Shown one piece after another: positions 32,254 through 46,612 of a DNA stretch of 64,000 nucleotides (position 1 is its first letter; each line of letters begins with the position of its first letter). The stretch lies in NCBI RefSeq assembly GCF_009914755.1, contig NC_060929.1; one strand, 5' to 3'. The notes below the pieces were generated by a model, which saw only the letters and a list, made by a program, of their open reading frames with translations, was not told where the DNA came from and did no database searches. The DNA is from the human T2T-CHM13v2.0 reference genome, Homo sapiens. A program made the translations under genes and the position numbers.

Positions 32254-34947
32254 TCTATATCCTGAGAAATACATAAATGAGAGGTCACCTGCATGAGATG
32301 AGTGACGTAGTTAATGGGATAGGCTATTCCTTTCCTAACTCTAAATCTCTATTTTCGGAAGATGACTGAGGAGAATGCCAACATTGTCTTAATTCAGTGG
32401 CACAGTGGGCCCTGAACATGATCACATTGTTAATCTCCCTACTCTCTTGTCCGGGTCAACAATTTCACAGTTGTCAGAAAATGAACAACTCAAATTCCCC
32501 TTTCTTGGTATATCTTACATTTTTTTATGTCTCAAAGGAGAATTATTTCATTCACATCTGTTTCTGTCTTTCAATGACCAGCTCTATCTTCACGTCAGTC
32601 TCAATCTAAAGCCAATTTTATCAGAGAATCCCAGAGACAAGCCCAAAGAGGACTTCTTGGATCTGGCCTGAGAAAATAGTAACCAGAAAACCAGGGGCTA
32701 TTCAGGATCTGGGTGTAGCCTGTATGCCTGAATTTTTTTCCATGGGGGTTCGTTCGTAGTCTGATAGTGAAATCCAAATGGTGTGTTTGAGAACTGTTGA
32801 CAATAATCCAGATGTTTGCTCTACTAAGAGTCATATGTGTAATAAACTAAAGGTGGACAACTTCAATTGAATGGAATAAAAGGTCAGAGCTAAGCACTTG
32901 TAACTCTCTAGGTATTGCAGGAATTCGGGTAGTATCATTTATAAAGAAAAAGAATCTAAAATTCTACCAATTTTCAGGCATTCAGTGCATATGAAGCAAT
33001 GTGTCCCCAAAGTTAGATCATCCAGATGTTTTATGTTAATCAGAGTAAACATATGATTCATCACAGATTCAACAAAGTCAAAGGCAGAAAATTCACATCT
33101 ACTTGCAAGCTAAGGGGTGTAGTGCTTTTTCCATTTTCTATGCCAGCTCTCTTGACATACTTAGCACTTACCCATAGAATAATTGAGGTCATTGGATTTA
33201 TAATAAAATGCCATTACAAGAAATGCTAATAAAATTATATGTTCTGTACATATAGATGTATACATATACATATATTTTATATAATTCTGTGTGTACATAT
33301 TGCATGTATGTACATACAATACATATATGAAGTATTTCACCCAAGAGATATTCCCACTTTTCGAAATATTGTGTATGAAGTCTTAGTACAACAGATAAAC
33401 TATTCTACTTTACTCCTTTTTAATTTCTAGGTATTATTTTAACATATTGGCTGTATATCCTTTGTTAACAATTCTCTATAAAAGAAAACTTAAGCAAAAA
33501 TTATCTATAACTTTTCATTTATACATTATATTTGGTATATATCATATTAAAATGTACAGAATGCTAAAGTACTATATCTATTGATTATAGCAATGAGGTG
33601 CTCACACCGATAAGGCAAATAAAAAGTAACATCTCCAGCCAAGAGCATTGGGGAAGAGATAAAGAAATCCATTACAAAGGACATTAAATGCATTTGAAAC
33701 AGCTTCAATAAAATACCCAAGCTCCTGGGAAAATAATGTATCTAAAGATAAAATGGTTTTCAGAACTACTGAAAGGGAATAACACACAAATATCCATGTC
33801 TAGCCAAACAAAACAACTGTACACCTATTGAACTTCCAGTAAGAAATGTTTGGTTAAAAAGAAAAAGCTGTTACCTTTTTTTTTTTTAATAAACAAACAA
33901 CATAATGAAAAATGATAGAGCACTCAAGCTCATGGCTAACTTTCACTGTGTGGCCTTAAACATACTTCTTTCCAGTGACAGAGTACTAGTACTATTTTTT
34001 GTTGGTTTCTTCTCTGTTCTCCTCTACAATTCCAAAATTATGTAGTTCTATCCACAGCCAACAAATCTCTAACAATTATGCCAAACTTTGGCTGATTTCT
34101 GGCAATTGTACCACTTAAACATTCATATTTATTGCTGAGGATGTAATAGTAGGGCAGATCAGTCCATCACAATGTCTCTAGCAAACATTCGCCGCTATCT
34201 ACTTTATTCCTAGCATGGACCATTCCACGTTAGGCCCTAATTACCTGCACTTTTTGAAAAGCAAAAACAACAACAATAACAACAAAACGCTTTACTTTTC
34301 CTGATAGGTTTGCATTTAGCCATTGCAGAAACATAGAACTTAAAAGAATACAAAATTTAATATTGTAATCCATCATCTTGTATTAGTTACCACCTTATTA
34401 CCTGCAAAGCAAATGATTGCTATAAGTCCCCTCATTAGTCTCCTTACTCTAGTCTTCTGGTATTCCAAGGTGTGTCTTCATTGCTGCCACTTCATTCTTT
34501 CATAAGCAAAGCTATGATCATAGGACTCCCTCTCTTCAAAATCTTTAATAGCTCACCTTAGTTTAGAAAATATTCCTTTGCTTAATTTTCATGACCCTAA
34601 AAATATAGTCTCATTCTCCTTTTCCTGTTTTATCTCCTATCTACATGATTGCCTCTCAAGTTCAATAAATTCTGACCACACTCAATTTTTTTTCTATAAA
34701 CGTTCATGTATTTTCCTACATCCACACCTTTGTGAGATTGTTCTCCCAGCCTGAAATGCCCTTCATCTTCAACTCTGCATAACTGAATGCAAGCTGCAAG
34801 ACCAAATGTCATTTTATCTACAAAGCATTCTCTGATACTCCCAGTTGAAAGTAAATTCTCCCTTCTCAGAGCTGCCAAAATATTTTACTCCTGCTTTCTC
34901 CATGGTACTTAACAGAACACATGGGACAATATTTAGAGAACAGATGA

Positions 34948-35290
<343 letters not shown>

Positions 35291-38200
35291 ACATTTAACT
35301 AACTTTATGGTCTTCAGTAAGACCTTTGAATCTGCTGGGTCTCAGTTTTCTTATCAGTTGATGTGATAGTCAAAGGAAACAATATATGACTATCTACTTT
35401 GCAAACTGCAAAGTGCTATGTAATGTGAGTTCATTCTCTGCCAGCCACCCTCTTTTTAGGCACTGCCTTTCAGGAGAGTACTTCATCCTCTTTCATGACC
35501 TTATTTGTAAGATAATCCCTGAATAGCCCAGCTGGTGGTAGGTGTTTGGTCTAATGTACTCCTAGAGGACTATTAAAGTCCTTATGTAGTTATAATTTAT
35601 TTTTCCCTTTGAATTTTTGTCTGAGCAGTTCGACTTTGATTTTTTTGAAGGCTAAGAATTTTTCTCTCTCAGTTTTGCATTCCTAGCTGAAAATTTTGAA
35701 ATCAGTTCCTATTCAGTAAATGTTTGCTGCACAAGTGAATGTATGAGTGAATTAAATGAATGAATGAATTTACTGATATCTTAATGTTGTGGACAGTTAT
35801 TTATGTTTAGCACTTATCATCTGTCTTTAGATTTTAAGCTCCATGAGGGCAGGTTCTTTGTATGATCCATGTTTGTATCCTTATAGTTACATGTGCATTA
35901 TATAAAATAAATACTTGCAGAAAGCTGAATAGAAAAAGGTAGCTGAGCTGGATGACATGGTAGGAGGCTCCTGTGCATAGAGTTTCCTGTACAACAGTTT
36001 TTTTACTGACGTGCATGCAATCTTAACATCTGTTTAATTCACAAATGAGGCTAATATTTATTATTGACATTGAAATTTCTTTTCAAATTGAATAAAAGAA
36101 TGTCTGTAAACATAGATACATCTTTTGATGGTAGAGTAACACAAACTTCAGTGGAGTCATCTCTTAGATTATGTGGCAAGAATCTGACATAGTCACTTTT
36201 ACCGTGGAGAACCCCTTGAATCACCCAATGTAAGGCAAAATGTTCACACTCAACAGTTCACCAAAGGAACTGAGATGGGAAGAGTGGTAGATCCACGTCT
36301 CCTACCTCAATCACACTTACTAGTGAACATAGATCCATTGCACGTGGTGGCAGATGGGGCATCTGGAATTGCTCTATTGGAATTTTTATATCTCCCTTGC
36401 TCTATCTCTCCCATTTTACTTAGCACGTGTATTTGAATTTGCATCGGTAAGTCCTTGGATGGTGAAACTGTACTGAATTGCTCTTTTACAGTATCAGGTT
36501 CTCCTCAGTCACAGTACGTGTAAAATTTCTCAATAGCTTAGAAAGATTAATGGGTCTGTGTAAATCTCATTATCCCTTAAGTAATTTAACCCCAATGATC
36601 CCCATTGTAACCCAAATCCTAGTCTGACTTGGAGAATCCAGTGTGGTAAGTAAAAATGGCAATTTACCTTTAAAAACTGCCAGTGATGTGCAGGTTAACA
36701 CTCATCTTCCTACTTTATTTTGAGATGACTTTGAACATATACTGAAGTCAGAGACAACAGCAACCCCAGGGCTGGAATGTCCTGCTTCCACAGGACTCAT
36801 CATATGGGATTCCCAGCATCTATCAGCCTTAGAATTCAAGTGGGTTTTTCCCCAGAGGGAAGACTTTGCTGACGAAATGAAACATCAGGGAGAAGCAAAA
36901 TCTCTTGCAAATCAAAATGGCCAAGAACTCCCTTGCTAGCAGAGTATGAATCCTACCACAAGCAACAGAAGGAGAAAATTAGATTGTGTTACTCTTGATG
37001 TCATAGCCACTGGATTACTGCACAAGAAAAAAAAAAAAAAAAAACAAGAAAAGAAAATGGAAACTTGAAGAGAACAAAGAGCTGCTGGTATTCACAGTGT
37101 TCTTGCTATATACATGATGGATTGCCATGGTAACACCAGTATCATATGAATCATCTTACATCGGATACCGGCATACATTGTTCAAAAATAACAGCACAAA
37201 CCAGAGCACATATTTTCAGTCAGGGTAGCAGGGGGCAGGAGGGCGATTTAGGAAAACTGTTTACCTATCATAAGGGTGAGTTAAATAATTTATTATCGCA
37301 CAACTGACTTTGAGACCTCCGTACGCGTATGTGTTTGTGTATTTCTAACTTTTGCCTGAATTAAAAATCAATGAGTAAATGCCGTATGCTTCAGTAATTC
37401 CTCATAGACTATGACAAACTGAAGTTTATACATTTTGTGAGCTGGTTTATTGTGAATTCTCATACAATCACAAGCTTGGATTTCAAGAAATCTTAGGAGA
37501 ATTTTGAACGTTTTCATCATGAAAATTAGGCAAATTCATTGTTTTTTGATTCAACCATTGCTTAGAAAGAAACATCAGAGCAGTAGAATTTGTATGTTTA
37601 TACTCGAGGTCAATTATAAAACACAGTACGTTTTAGTGTAATTTACTAGTACTGCAGAAATGTGAATATTGCTATAGCAATGAAAACCAACCAACAAACA
37701 CAAAGACCTTTGGGGTGGATTATATGAAAACCAGCAATGTGGAGATCACTTCAGAGGCTCTTACAGTAGTTCACATCAGTTGGCAATATTAATAAAGACA
37801 GAGTGGAAGGGACTGATATAAGAACATTATAGGTAAAAGAAGACTTGATGATGAGAGACAGTGTTAAGATAAAGGAAGATGACTAAGGTGACTCCTGTGT
37901 TTCTAGTTTAGATAACTCTGTAGTAATCAATCCAACAAAGAAATAGAAGAAAAAGACCAGATGGCAAGAGTAAGATGATGAGTTCAATTTTGGCCATGAG
38001 AACAACTGAAATAATTTCCAAGCAGTTAGTAGGAGTCTAAAGGGGAGGAGTGGTCAGAGCTTGAGATGTACATTTGGAAGTTGCTGAAAGAACTTTTTTT
38101 TAAATAAAGAACTCATTGCCTGCTAATGGAATGAATTTAATGTTTCTCCAAAAGGGTACACATATATTTACTGTCTGATTACTTTTGTACTCTCAGTTGA

Positions 38201-38349
38201 AAAAAAATGAATTTTACAAGAATTTATTGAATATCTATTATGTACCAGGACCCAGACAAAGCACCAGACACATAATGGTTTAAAACATAGGCTTCAACCT
38301 TGTTTCCATGGTCCTATGATTGAACGTGGGAGGAAGCCCTTAGGCCAAT

Positions 38350-38532
38350 AAAATACATAAATATGTAATTGCAATTGTGACAACTGCTCAAAAGGAGACA
38401 AGAACCCAGTAAGAGTACAAAAATAGGCACCTAACATAGTCTGAGCGTTTGGAGAATATTTCCCTGGGGATGATGAGGCCTGAGGATGAGTAACAACATG
38501 CTCTACTGAGAACCACATGAATGAAGCACTGA
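38350..38532. repeat. inverted repeat arm A (183 bp, L2-derived)
   Basis: reverse complement aligns without gaps to 39509-39691 with 15 mismatches by manual count. Confidence 0.93.
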
Positions 38533-39508
38533 CCATCTTTTCAAATTCAATGCACATTCCATCTTGTCTGAGGAGCTGATTACCTTTTCCTTAGACACCT
38601 GTAACATCCTTCTCATCAAATTTCTTCCCTTAGGGGCCCTTCTCTCCATCACCACTAAACTATTTTCCTTCCTAGAGCAACCTTCTTAGGGCAATATGAA
38701 ACACAACATTATGGGCCAAGTCCAAAGTCCTGACTATTGTTTCAAAGGCTGTTAGTAGATTGTTCACCTTCTTTTGCCTTTGAAAGGTGCCATCCTGAGC
38801 CTGGAATGCTTTGTCAGCATTCGCCACTTCATTTATCATAGTTTACAAAGTACGATAAAAGGTGATAACAGAAGCTTTCCGTTTGTAGTTCATCCATGTA
38901 ATAATTTTCTTCAACTTAAGAGCAAAGCCATGAAAAACTAAAAAGAAAGTTCCAAAGAATTATTAAGTAATTTAATGTCTCTTATTGGATATAGAAATGG
39001 GACTATCATATAAAGGTCATCAAGATTGTGTAGTGTCTTGTACTTTGCTGACAGTAAACATTCCAAGTACTCTAACAATTCTCATTCCACTCCTTTTGGC
39101 AAGCGAGAGGCTGCATGGTTGGGTGATGGATAAATGCTGAACTGATTGCAGAACAAAGGTCAACATTTATGACAGTTTTTATTAAACTCTAGCAGTTGGG
39201 AATAGATTTGAAAACTGACCTTTTTCTTTTTTAAATCTCAGTTGGAAAATATTACCTATTGTTTATTTCAATGTTTTAAAAACCTCAATGATAAATAAGA
39301 CACAAAGAATATGTTTTTAAATTGCATTGCCAATGAATAAATTAATAAATAATCACTTGTTTCTCTCCAAAATGAAATAAAGAATTATTGGGTTAATTAG
39401 CATGTAAGAAAACAGTAGTCTCCCCTACTCATCTTCTCCAGTTTATTTTTGCCACTCTCCTCTCTGCCTCATTACACTTCAGACACCTTATCCTTTTAGT
39501 TTAACACA

Positions 39509-39691
39509 TCAGGGCTTCATTCATGTGGTTCTCAGCAGAGTATGTTGTTACTCATCCTCAGGCCTCATCATCCCCAGGGAAGCATTCTCCAAACACTCAG
39601 ACTATGTTAGGTACTTATTTTTATACTCTCACTGGGTCCTTGTTTCCTTTTGAGCAGTTCTCACAATTGTAATCACATATTTATGTATTTT
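39509..39691. repeat. inverted repeat arm B (183 bp, L2-derived)
   Basis: partner of 38350-38532. Confidence 0.93.
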
Positions 39692-40737
39692 GTAATTGTA
39701 ATGAAATTGTCCCTGTCAGGATTTCACACTGCTTCCTTCTGTTGGTGTAGGGATTCATTCTTTTCCATTCCAATTAATGCAGCATTCCATTGCCAAATTT
39801 TTTCTGAAACAACTCTTTCCATCATGCCACTCTTAGGGAGGAGGAAAGATAGAAAATATATAAATTAAGATTTATTATGATAGTGCAGTAACAGACACAG
39901 AAGAAAAGAAAAACAGCTAGTTAAGGAGGCACTTCCATTTGGAAATAGAAAATTATGAAAGGTCTTCTAGGAAAGATCTGTGGAATGATGGGATTCATCA
40001 CAAAATGAGGAGAGAATGGAACTCTAGGCAAAAAATAGGTATAGCTAGTAGTTATTTATACCTAAAATACACAGTATACATGGGTGACAAGGGCAATTTA
40101 CAAGGATGCAGAGATGTGGAAGGGAATAGATCATGATGGCTGGGAATGTAACCTTTTTTTTTTTTTTTTGGTAGCCACTGAAAAGCTAGTGGTATAAGCA
40201 TGGAAGCGTCATGATGGCATTTTAGAAAGTGGATCTGTGGATGACAGTCAGGAAGAGGATGTTGATAGAACAGAGACTAGTTATAAAGTTAGCGGTTTTC
40301 AGGCAAGATAACATGAGGGTTGGACCCAAGATGGTAGCAGTGGAGATGGCATCAAAGGGTGAGGTGAAGGAGGAAGAGTGTACCTGCAACTGGATAGTGG
40401 TAGAGCGGTTAGGCTGAGGGAGAGGAAGCACTTAGGAGGACTTCCAGGTCTGGGCCATAAGAAAAAAGGACATGGGAGATGGGGAAGGTCCCTGGGTAAT
40501 TTTTGTTTCAAATCTATTGAGTTTGGCAGCACTACATAGAGAAGAGAATGGGGAACTGGAAATATACATTCAAGTTAAATCTGTTACTGCTAATAATTTT
40601 TACCCAGAAGTAGGGAGAATTAGAACAAATTCTGAGGATAATTTGAAGTTTTGTTTAAAGTGAAAGGAAGGGCCTCTCATCAAAGAAAGTAGTCCCTTTG
40701 TTTTCAAAGTTTTTCCTTCATAAAACGTGTTCTTTGC

Positions 40738-41116
40738 TGTATTCGTCTGTTCTCATGCTGCTATGAAAAATATCCAATACTGGGTAATTTATATAGAAAG
40801 GATGGTTAACTGACTCACAGTTCCACATGGCTGGGAAGGTCTCTGGAAACTTACAATCATGGTGGAAAGCAAAGGGGAAGAAAGGCATCTTCTTCACAGG
40901 GCAGCAGGAAGGAGAAAGAGTGCCAACAGGGGAAATGCCAGATGCTTATAAAACCATCAGATTTCAGAGTACTCACTCACTATCACGAGAGCAGCATGGG
41001 GAAACTGCCCCCATGATTCAATTACCTGCTACTAGGGTCCCTCCCACAGCATGTGGAGATTAAGGGAACTATAATTAAAGATGAGATGTGGGTGGGGACA
41101 CAGCCAAACCATATCA
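40738..41116 (-). mobile_element. THE1 (THE1C/D-like) solo LTR
   Basis: tgtattcgtctgttctcatgctgctatgaa...ggggacacagccaaaccatatca; perfect 5-bp TSD tttgc. Confidence 0.94.
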
Positions 41117-41667
41117 TTTGCTATTAGGATGAGCTGGTTATGATGAAAACACACAAGTAGTCACACATTCACAATCGATGGGTCCATGCATGTAGGCAAG
41201 AGTTCAGCAGAGCTTCACATACCAGGCCAACAGGATGGTCGCTTAATATATGTAAGTGTATGTGTAATTTTGCCTAGTATTTTCACCACTACTTGAAAAG
41301 CATATCTCAATGTTTATTACCTAGTCTGGAGCTACAATAATGTATTTGATCATTTATTCAGCTATCTTTAATGAAATCTTAGTAGTCTCCCTACTGAAAG
41401 AATAATAAGCCCTGAAAATGCAGTAAAGCCACACTAATTCAGACAAATCAGAAGACAGGATGGTTTGAATTACTGAACGCTTTATATTATTTTAAAAGTG
41501 TAGCAGTTGTCCATTTTTAACCAGGCAAGAAAGTGTTATCTTGTGGTTACCACAAGAAAGGTAAAAGAAAGTATTTTCATGAATACCTAAAAAATATCAA
41601 TCATCTAGATATAAATAAAGGTCTTAAAAAAGCTCTGAAGTTCTCCCTGATTTAATTGATTCACATA

Positions 41668-41886
41668 AGGTTTTTTCCACCTTAGCACTACTGACATTCT
41701 GGGTCAAATAATTTTTTGTTGTGAGAGGCTGTCGTGTGTATTATAGGAGATTTAACATCCCTATTCTTTACCTACTTGAAATCATCAGCTACTTCCCACT
41801 TATTACAATAAAAAAAGTCCCTAGACATTGCCAAATGTCCCCTGCATGAGAGGTGGAGGGTAGAATTGCGTCAGTTGAAAATCACT
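41668..41886 (+). mobile_element. MER20 hAT DNA transposon
   Basis: ccttagcactactgacattctgggtcaaataattttttgttgtg...ctagacattgccaaatgtcccctg...gttgaaaatcact. Confidence 0.85.
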
Positions 41887-42216
41887 ACACCCCTCAATAA
41901 TAATTTTAATACCTCCACTCCTCTTGATAAAAGCTATAAAAAAGCAAATGTTAGTCTAGGCCACGTTTGAATGATTATAGAGTTCAAAATAAGGTGGTTG
42001 AATTTGATAAAGATTTATTGTTTGCAATGTGTACTTGTTTTTCTTTGGTACAGAAAATGGGACGTATTCTTCTCCGCAATGCCTCCCTCGTGCAGGTTCA
42101 TGCCCATTATTGAGTCCACTTCTATGAACATGAAGCCACTAATTATTCAGGATTCACAGTCGGATTACTATCTCTCTCCACAATCATTATTAGTAAATCA
42201 TTTCATGAGCACAATT

Positions 42217-42625
42217 TGTTATGGGCTGAATTGTGTCTACCCCAAAATTTGTATGCTGAAGCCCTAAATACCAGTATCTCAGAATGAGACTATATTTGGA
42301 GATAGGACCACTAAAGAGGAGATTAAAATTTAAATAAGCCTTTAGGGTGGGCCTTAATCCAGTCTGACTGATGTCCTTATAAAAGCAGGAAATTTTGACA
42401 CATACAGAGATCCCAGCGATGCCTGCGCACAGAGGAAAGGCCATGAGATAACACAGTGAGAAGGTGGCCATCTGCAAGACAACCAGAGTCCTAAGGAGAA
42501 GCCAGACCTGCTGACACCTTGACCTTGGATTTCACAGCTTTTGGAATTGTGAGAAAACAAATTTCTGCTGTTTAAGCCACCAAATCTGTAGTATTTTCTT
42601 ATGACCGTCCTAACAAATTAATACA
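42217..42625 (+). mobile_element. MLT1 solo LTR (MLT1A/B-like)
   Basis: tgttatgggctgaattgtgtc...gctgacaccttgaccttggatttc...tttaagccacc...aaattaataca; near-TSD caatt/ccatt. Confidence 0.9.
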
Positions 42626-43334
42626 CCATTTGAGTAAATTAATAGCTTGATGATTGGTCATAAATCTAAGTGCATGACCTTGTGATCGTTCCACAAGAAG
42701 AGAGCAGGCTGGTTTACCTTCACTCACACTTACTGTATTCCTTCCTGTCTTCTGGATCTTCGTACCCTGCTTTTTTTCTGATCCCAGGGATAATAGGGAG
42801 AGCAAGCCTACCTAAAGGATTTAGAAAAACAGAGGCCAGAGAGTATACCAGAACAGCTGCATCACCAGAAAGAGGGAGCACAGAGCAGGCAGCAAGGGAA
42901 GGACCCTCACCAGCACTCCCACAAGCACCCCCCTACCACCCCACCCTGCCCCGACAGTAATGGTGTCAAGCCACCAAAATGCAGGGAAGAAGGCGGCTGG
43001 GTGAGGTAAAACATGACACCCGGCTGTGAAAAGTAGTGCTCAAGGGCACTTGCTTTCCATTGCCTTGGGGTGCCAGTGGCTACTGTCTCACCACATTCAC
43101 TGCTACTAGTTTTTATTTTCCATTTTGATTAAAAAAAAATGTGACTTTTACATTATAGCAAGACAACAGAACTGGGGCTTATATGTCATAATTTTTATAA
43201 CTGATTTTATGAAATTTTGTGCTTCTATCAAATTTCTTACATTTTCTTACAGTTGCAGTATTGTTTCCCTCTAGGAAATTCCCCTCTGCCACCTCCCACA
43301 GTGACTTTTTCTCCTCCTTTCTACAACTTGAAGC

Positions 43335-43336
<2 letters not shown>

Positions 43337-43368
<32 letters not shown>
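43337..43368 (+). repeat. (CA)n microsatellite
   Basis: read directly. Confidence 0.95.
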
Positions 43369-43369
<1 letters not shown>

Positions 43370-43608
43370 TACATATATACAAATATATACTTTTATGAAT
43401 ACAGAAGTGAATTATTTCAGGTTCTCCTTTGCTGACCTGGTAATGACAAAATGCATGATCCCCAACCACTTAAGCCAGTAATCTAAAGTCAGTGCTACAT
43501 GCAGTTTCTACAGGGAAACAAGGAAAGGGAATTTAATTGATCCAAATGAATAACAGAAGCAAAAATCTTGCCAAAGACTCCATACTGTGGCATACAGGGA
43601 AGTGATTT

Positions 43609-43611
<3 letters not shown>

Positions 43612-43657
<46 letters not shown>
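43612..43657 (+). repeat. (CA)n microsatellite, ~23 units
   Basis: read directly. Confidence 0.95.
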
Positions 43658-43659
<2 letters not shown>

Positions 43660-43870
43660 CCCTATGCCAAAATATGTACCATGCATTTTCTAATCATTTA
43701 TTTATTAAACAAACATTTATTATTTAACCTGTTCTGGGCTCTATGCTGGACACTGGGGAAGTAACAACAACCAAGACGTGATCCACACACTCAAAAACTT
43801 TACAGTCCAATTGGGTGAGGATGGGTTAGAAGAGCCAGATTAAATCTGATTTTTAAATCTCTGTATGAAG

Positions 43871-44154
43871 GGCCAGGCTTGATTGCTCATGCCTGTAATC
43901 CCAGCACTTTGGGAGGCCAAGGCAGGAGGGTCATTTGAGGCCAACTGTTTGAGAAGAGCCTGGGCAACACAGCAAGACCCAGTCTCTCTAAAAACAAACA
44001 AAAAAATTAGCCTGGCACAGTGACCTCAACTACTTGGTAAGCTGAAGTGGATCATTTGAGCCCAGGAGTTCTAGGCTGCCCTGATCTATGATTGCTACTG
44101 CACTCCAGTCTGGCCAACAGACACAGACCCTGTCTCAAAAAAAAAAAAAAAAAA
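43871..44154 (+). mobile_element. Alu, AluJ-like
   Basis: diverged dimer with internal deletions and poly-A tail. Confidence 0.92.
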
Positions 44155-46612
44155 GAAATTGCTATACTAAAATTGAGACATAAAAGCTTCATAAAATTGA
44201 AAGAAAATTATATTTCTTACAAAAGAAAAAGTGGGACAGTACAATTTACAGAGGCTACCAAAAATTAAAAGGAAAACATTTTTAAATCGCAAATATAGAA
44301 AGTAATTATAATCACAGATGGTAGGGTTGTCATTCTCGTCAACATTGAGTTTACTTAAGATTTAGTATGTTAACTGCTTTCTTGATGTCTTCATTGCTGC
44401 TCTTGAAATAAAAATTGAGACCAATTAAATGATCATGTGGTCATGTGTCTAATCTAGGTGATTTTCTAATAATTTGGGAATTATTTCCCTGTTTTCCAAG
44501 AAAAACATGCTGTTCTTTCAAGAAGTCATTATTTTATAAGGATATACTTAGCTTTAAATCGAGCTATGTTTTGCACTTATGCATTTGATTTCCTACTTCA
44601 TTTTCTCTATGGATTTTCGTGAAAAGCCAATTTTTTTTATCTTTTATTTTTTGTCCCGCAATCTCTGCTTCTTTGGGTAGGCTGAAATATCAACTCATAG
44701 CTACTCTTCTTTAGATGTCTTTCCCTCCCTCCCTTCCATCCTTCCTTCCTCAGATTTTTTTAAGTAATTAGAAAACAATTTTCTTTCTGCCAAAAACCAC
44801 AACCGAGATGATATGAAAATAAACATAAACATGCTACTTTAGATAAATCTTAGTCCCAGCAAGCATTCTGAAAAAGAACCATTCAAAACTTAGGTAGATT
44901 TTAGTGAATCTAAGATGATGACTCACCATTCCAAGTGTATTGTTTTCTCAACAGATTCAAAAGAAGTTGAGGTTTTAAAATTTACAACTTAAGAAAATGA
45001 GTAACAGAATAAAAAGACAACCTCTATGATTTGGATGTTCTTCCATTCATTCATCCACCCCTCTAACTATTGTTTTCATTACATGTTTGTTGTCATATTT
45101 ATCCTTTCGTAGAATGAAAGCTCCAGATGTAATAAGTTAACTTTTCATATAAAATTTATTTAATTGATTTACTAGCCATAGGTAAGTAATGTATTCTACT
45201 GAAAGAAAAGATGGATCTGGTATTTTTACAAATCCCAAGACCTATACAATTAAATACTAATTATTGTAAAATGCCTTTCAAATATATTTTCTTGTAAAAT
45301 ACACTGTGATGCCCAATTTTAAGCCTAAATAGGTATATGTCTGAAATTTTCTGGGTCTATGCATATACACAATATACATAAAAACATAATTTGACTGACT
45401 TGTACAAAAAGTTGATTACTTTAAAGCAGAAAAATTAAGGTAATATGAACAGGGACATTAGATATTCATGTGGATTTTGCAACTTGTATGGATTTGTAGT
45501 ATCGTCCCACCAACTAAAGAAGGGAATGAGGTAACTGACAGCAACTGAGCCATGTTGGGTGTCTTAGGACACACTTTTCTGAATGTATTTTAAAATAGTT
45601 GCTTGGTGCTGCTAGCCGGTCATAAAGTCAAATAGTGATAGAGCTGGACAGAAAAGCCTTGATACTCTGGAGAAAAGAATAAAATATTGTCTCACAAAAA
45701 TCAGAAAGCTTTCTGAAGGTTTAGAAACTTTTTAATCACTTAAACATCCCTTCATGTTTATAATAAGGTGAAATCTGGCAAAATGCATGCTTTGTGAGTT
45801 TGTGTAGATATAATTAGAAAAAGAAAAGTAGAAGAGTAAGATAGTAATGACAGTTTCCAAGTAAAATACATTGCTTTTAGAATTTTGGATTTTCATTATG
45901 TGGATTCATAAAATTAGGGAGAAATGGAATTTTCACAGAGAGAATGGAACATCTTTATAAATGCTTCTGAAGTTCATTGTTAATTGCTGAAGAAAATGAC
46001 GTTGTATAAAACCAAAATTGAGGGGTGACTTTTGGACATATTAGTTAACTATATCATCGCTATTCTGATACTACATAAAAAGGGTGGGTCGGGGGTAGAA
46101 CACAGATCTAAAATGACAACTTTTTTATAGGAAAAATACATAACCTTGTTCTTCCCTCCCTAGCAACTACAGGAAAACAAATGTTTTTGTAGAATTATAA
46201 CTCATTTATTGCATTAATGTGTTATGATGCATTAAGGAATGTCACATGTAGATTATGAGTTACTGGGCATCTGGTATAAACAGCCATATAGCCATCAATA
46301 AATATATCCATTATTTGGCTAAATCCTCTTTCAAATTCTCATCATGGGTGATTTTGATGGCAATACAAGCACTGACAATCTCTCAAATTCTTAAAATCTA
46401 CAGACCTTGAAACCAGATCAGCTTTTGCTAAATAGCTAAACTATTTCCAGCTTTCCTCTCTGGTTAATTTTTTTCCCAACTATCCAGTGTGTTGAATAAA
46501 AACTAACTTCTCACCCTGACCCTCCCATTTCAGCAGACATCCAAAGCAGTTACCAAAGGGCAACAAAACACATTTTCACTGACAAACAACTAGAGGAAAG
46601 GAAAGCAGTTAC

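Noticed and set aside
37027-37058. Orphan poly-A as the tail of a processed pseudogene
   Set aside because: No upstream ORF, polyadenylation signal or convincing TSD identified
42780-43100. GC-richer patch as promoter or exon
   Set aside because: Few CpGs and no clear ORF or splice pair; possibly an old repeat I cannot name
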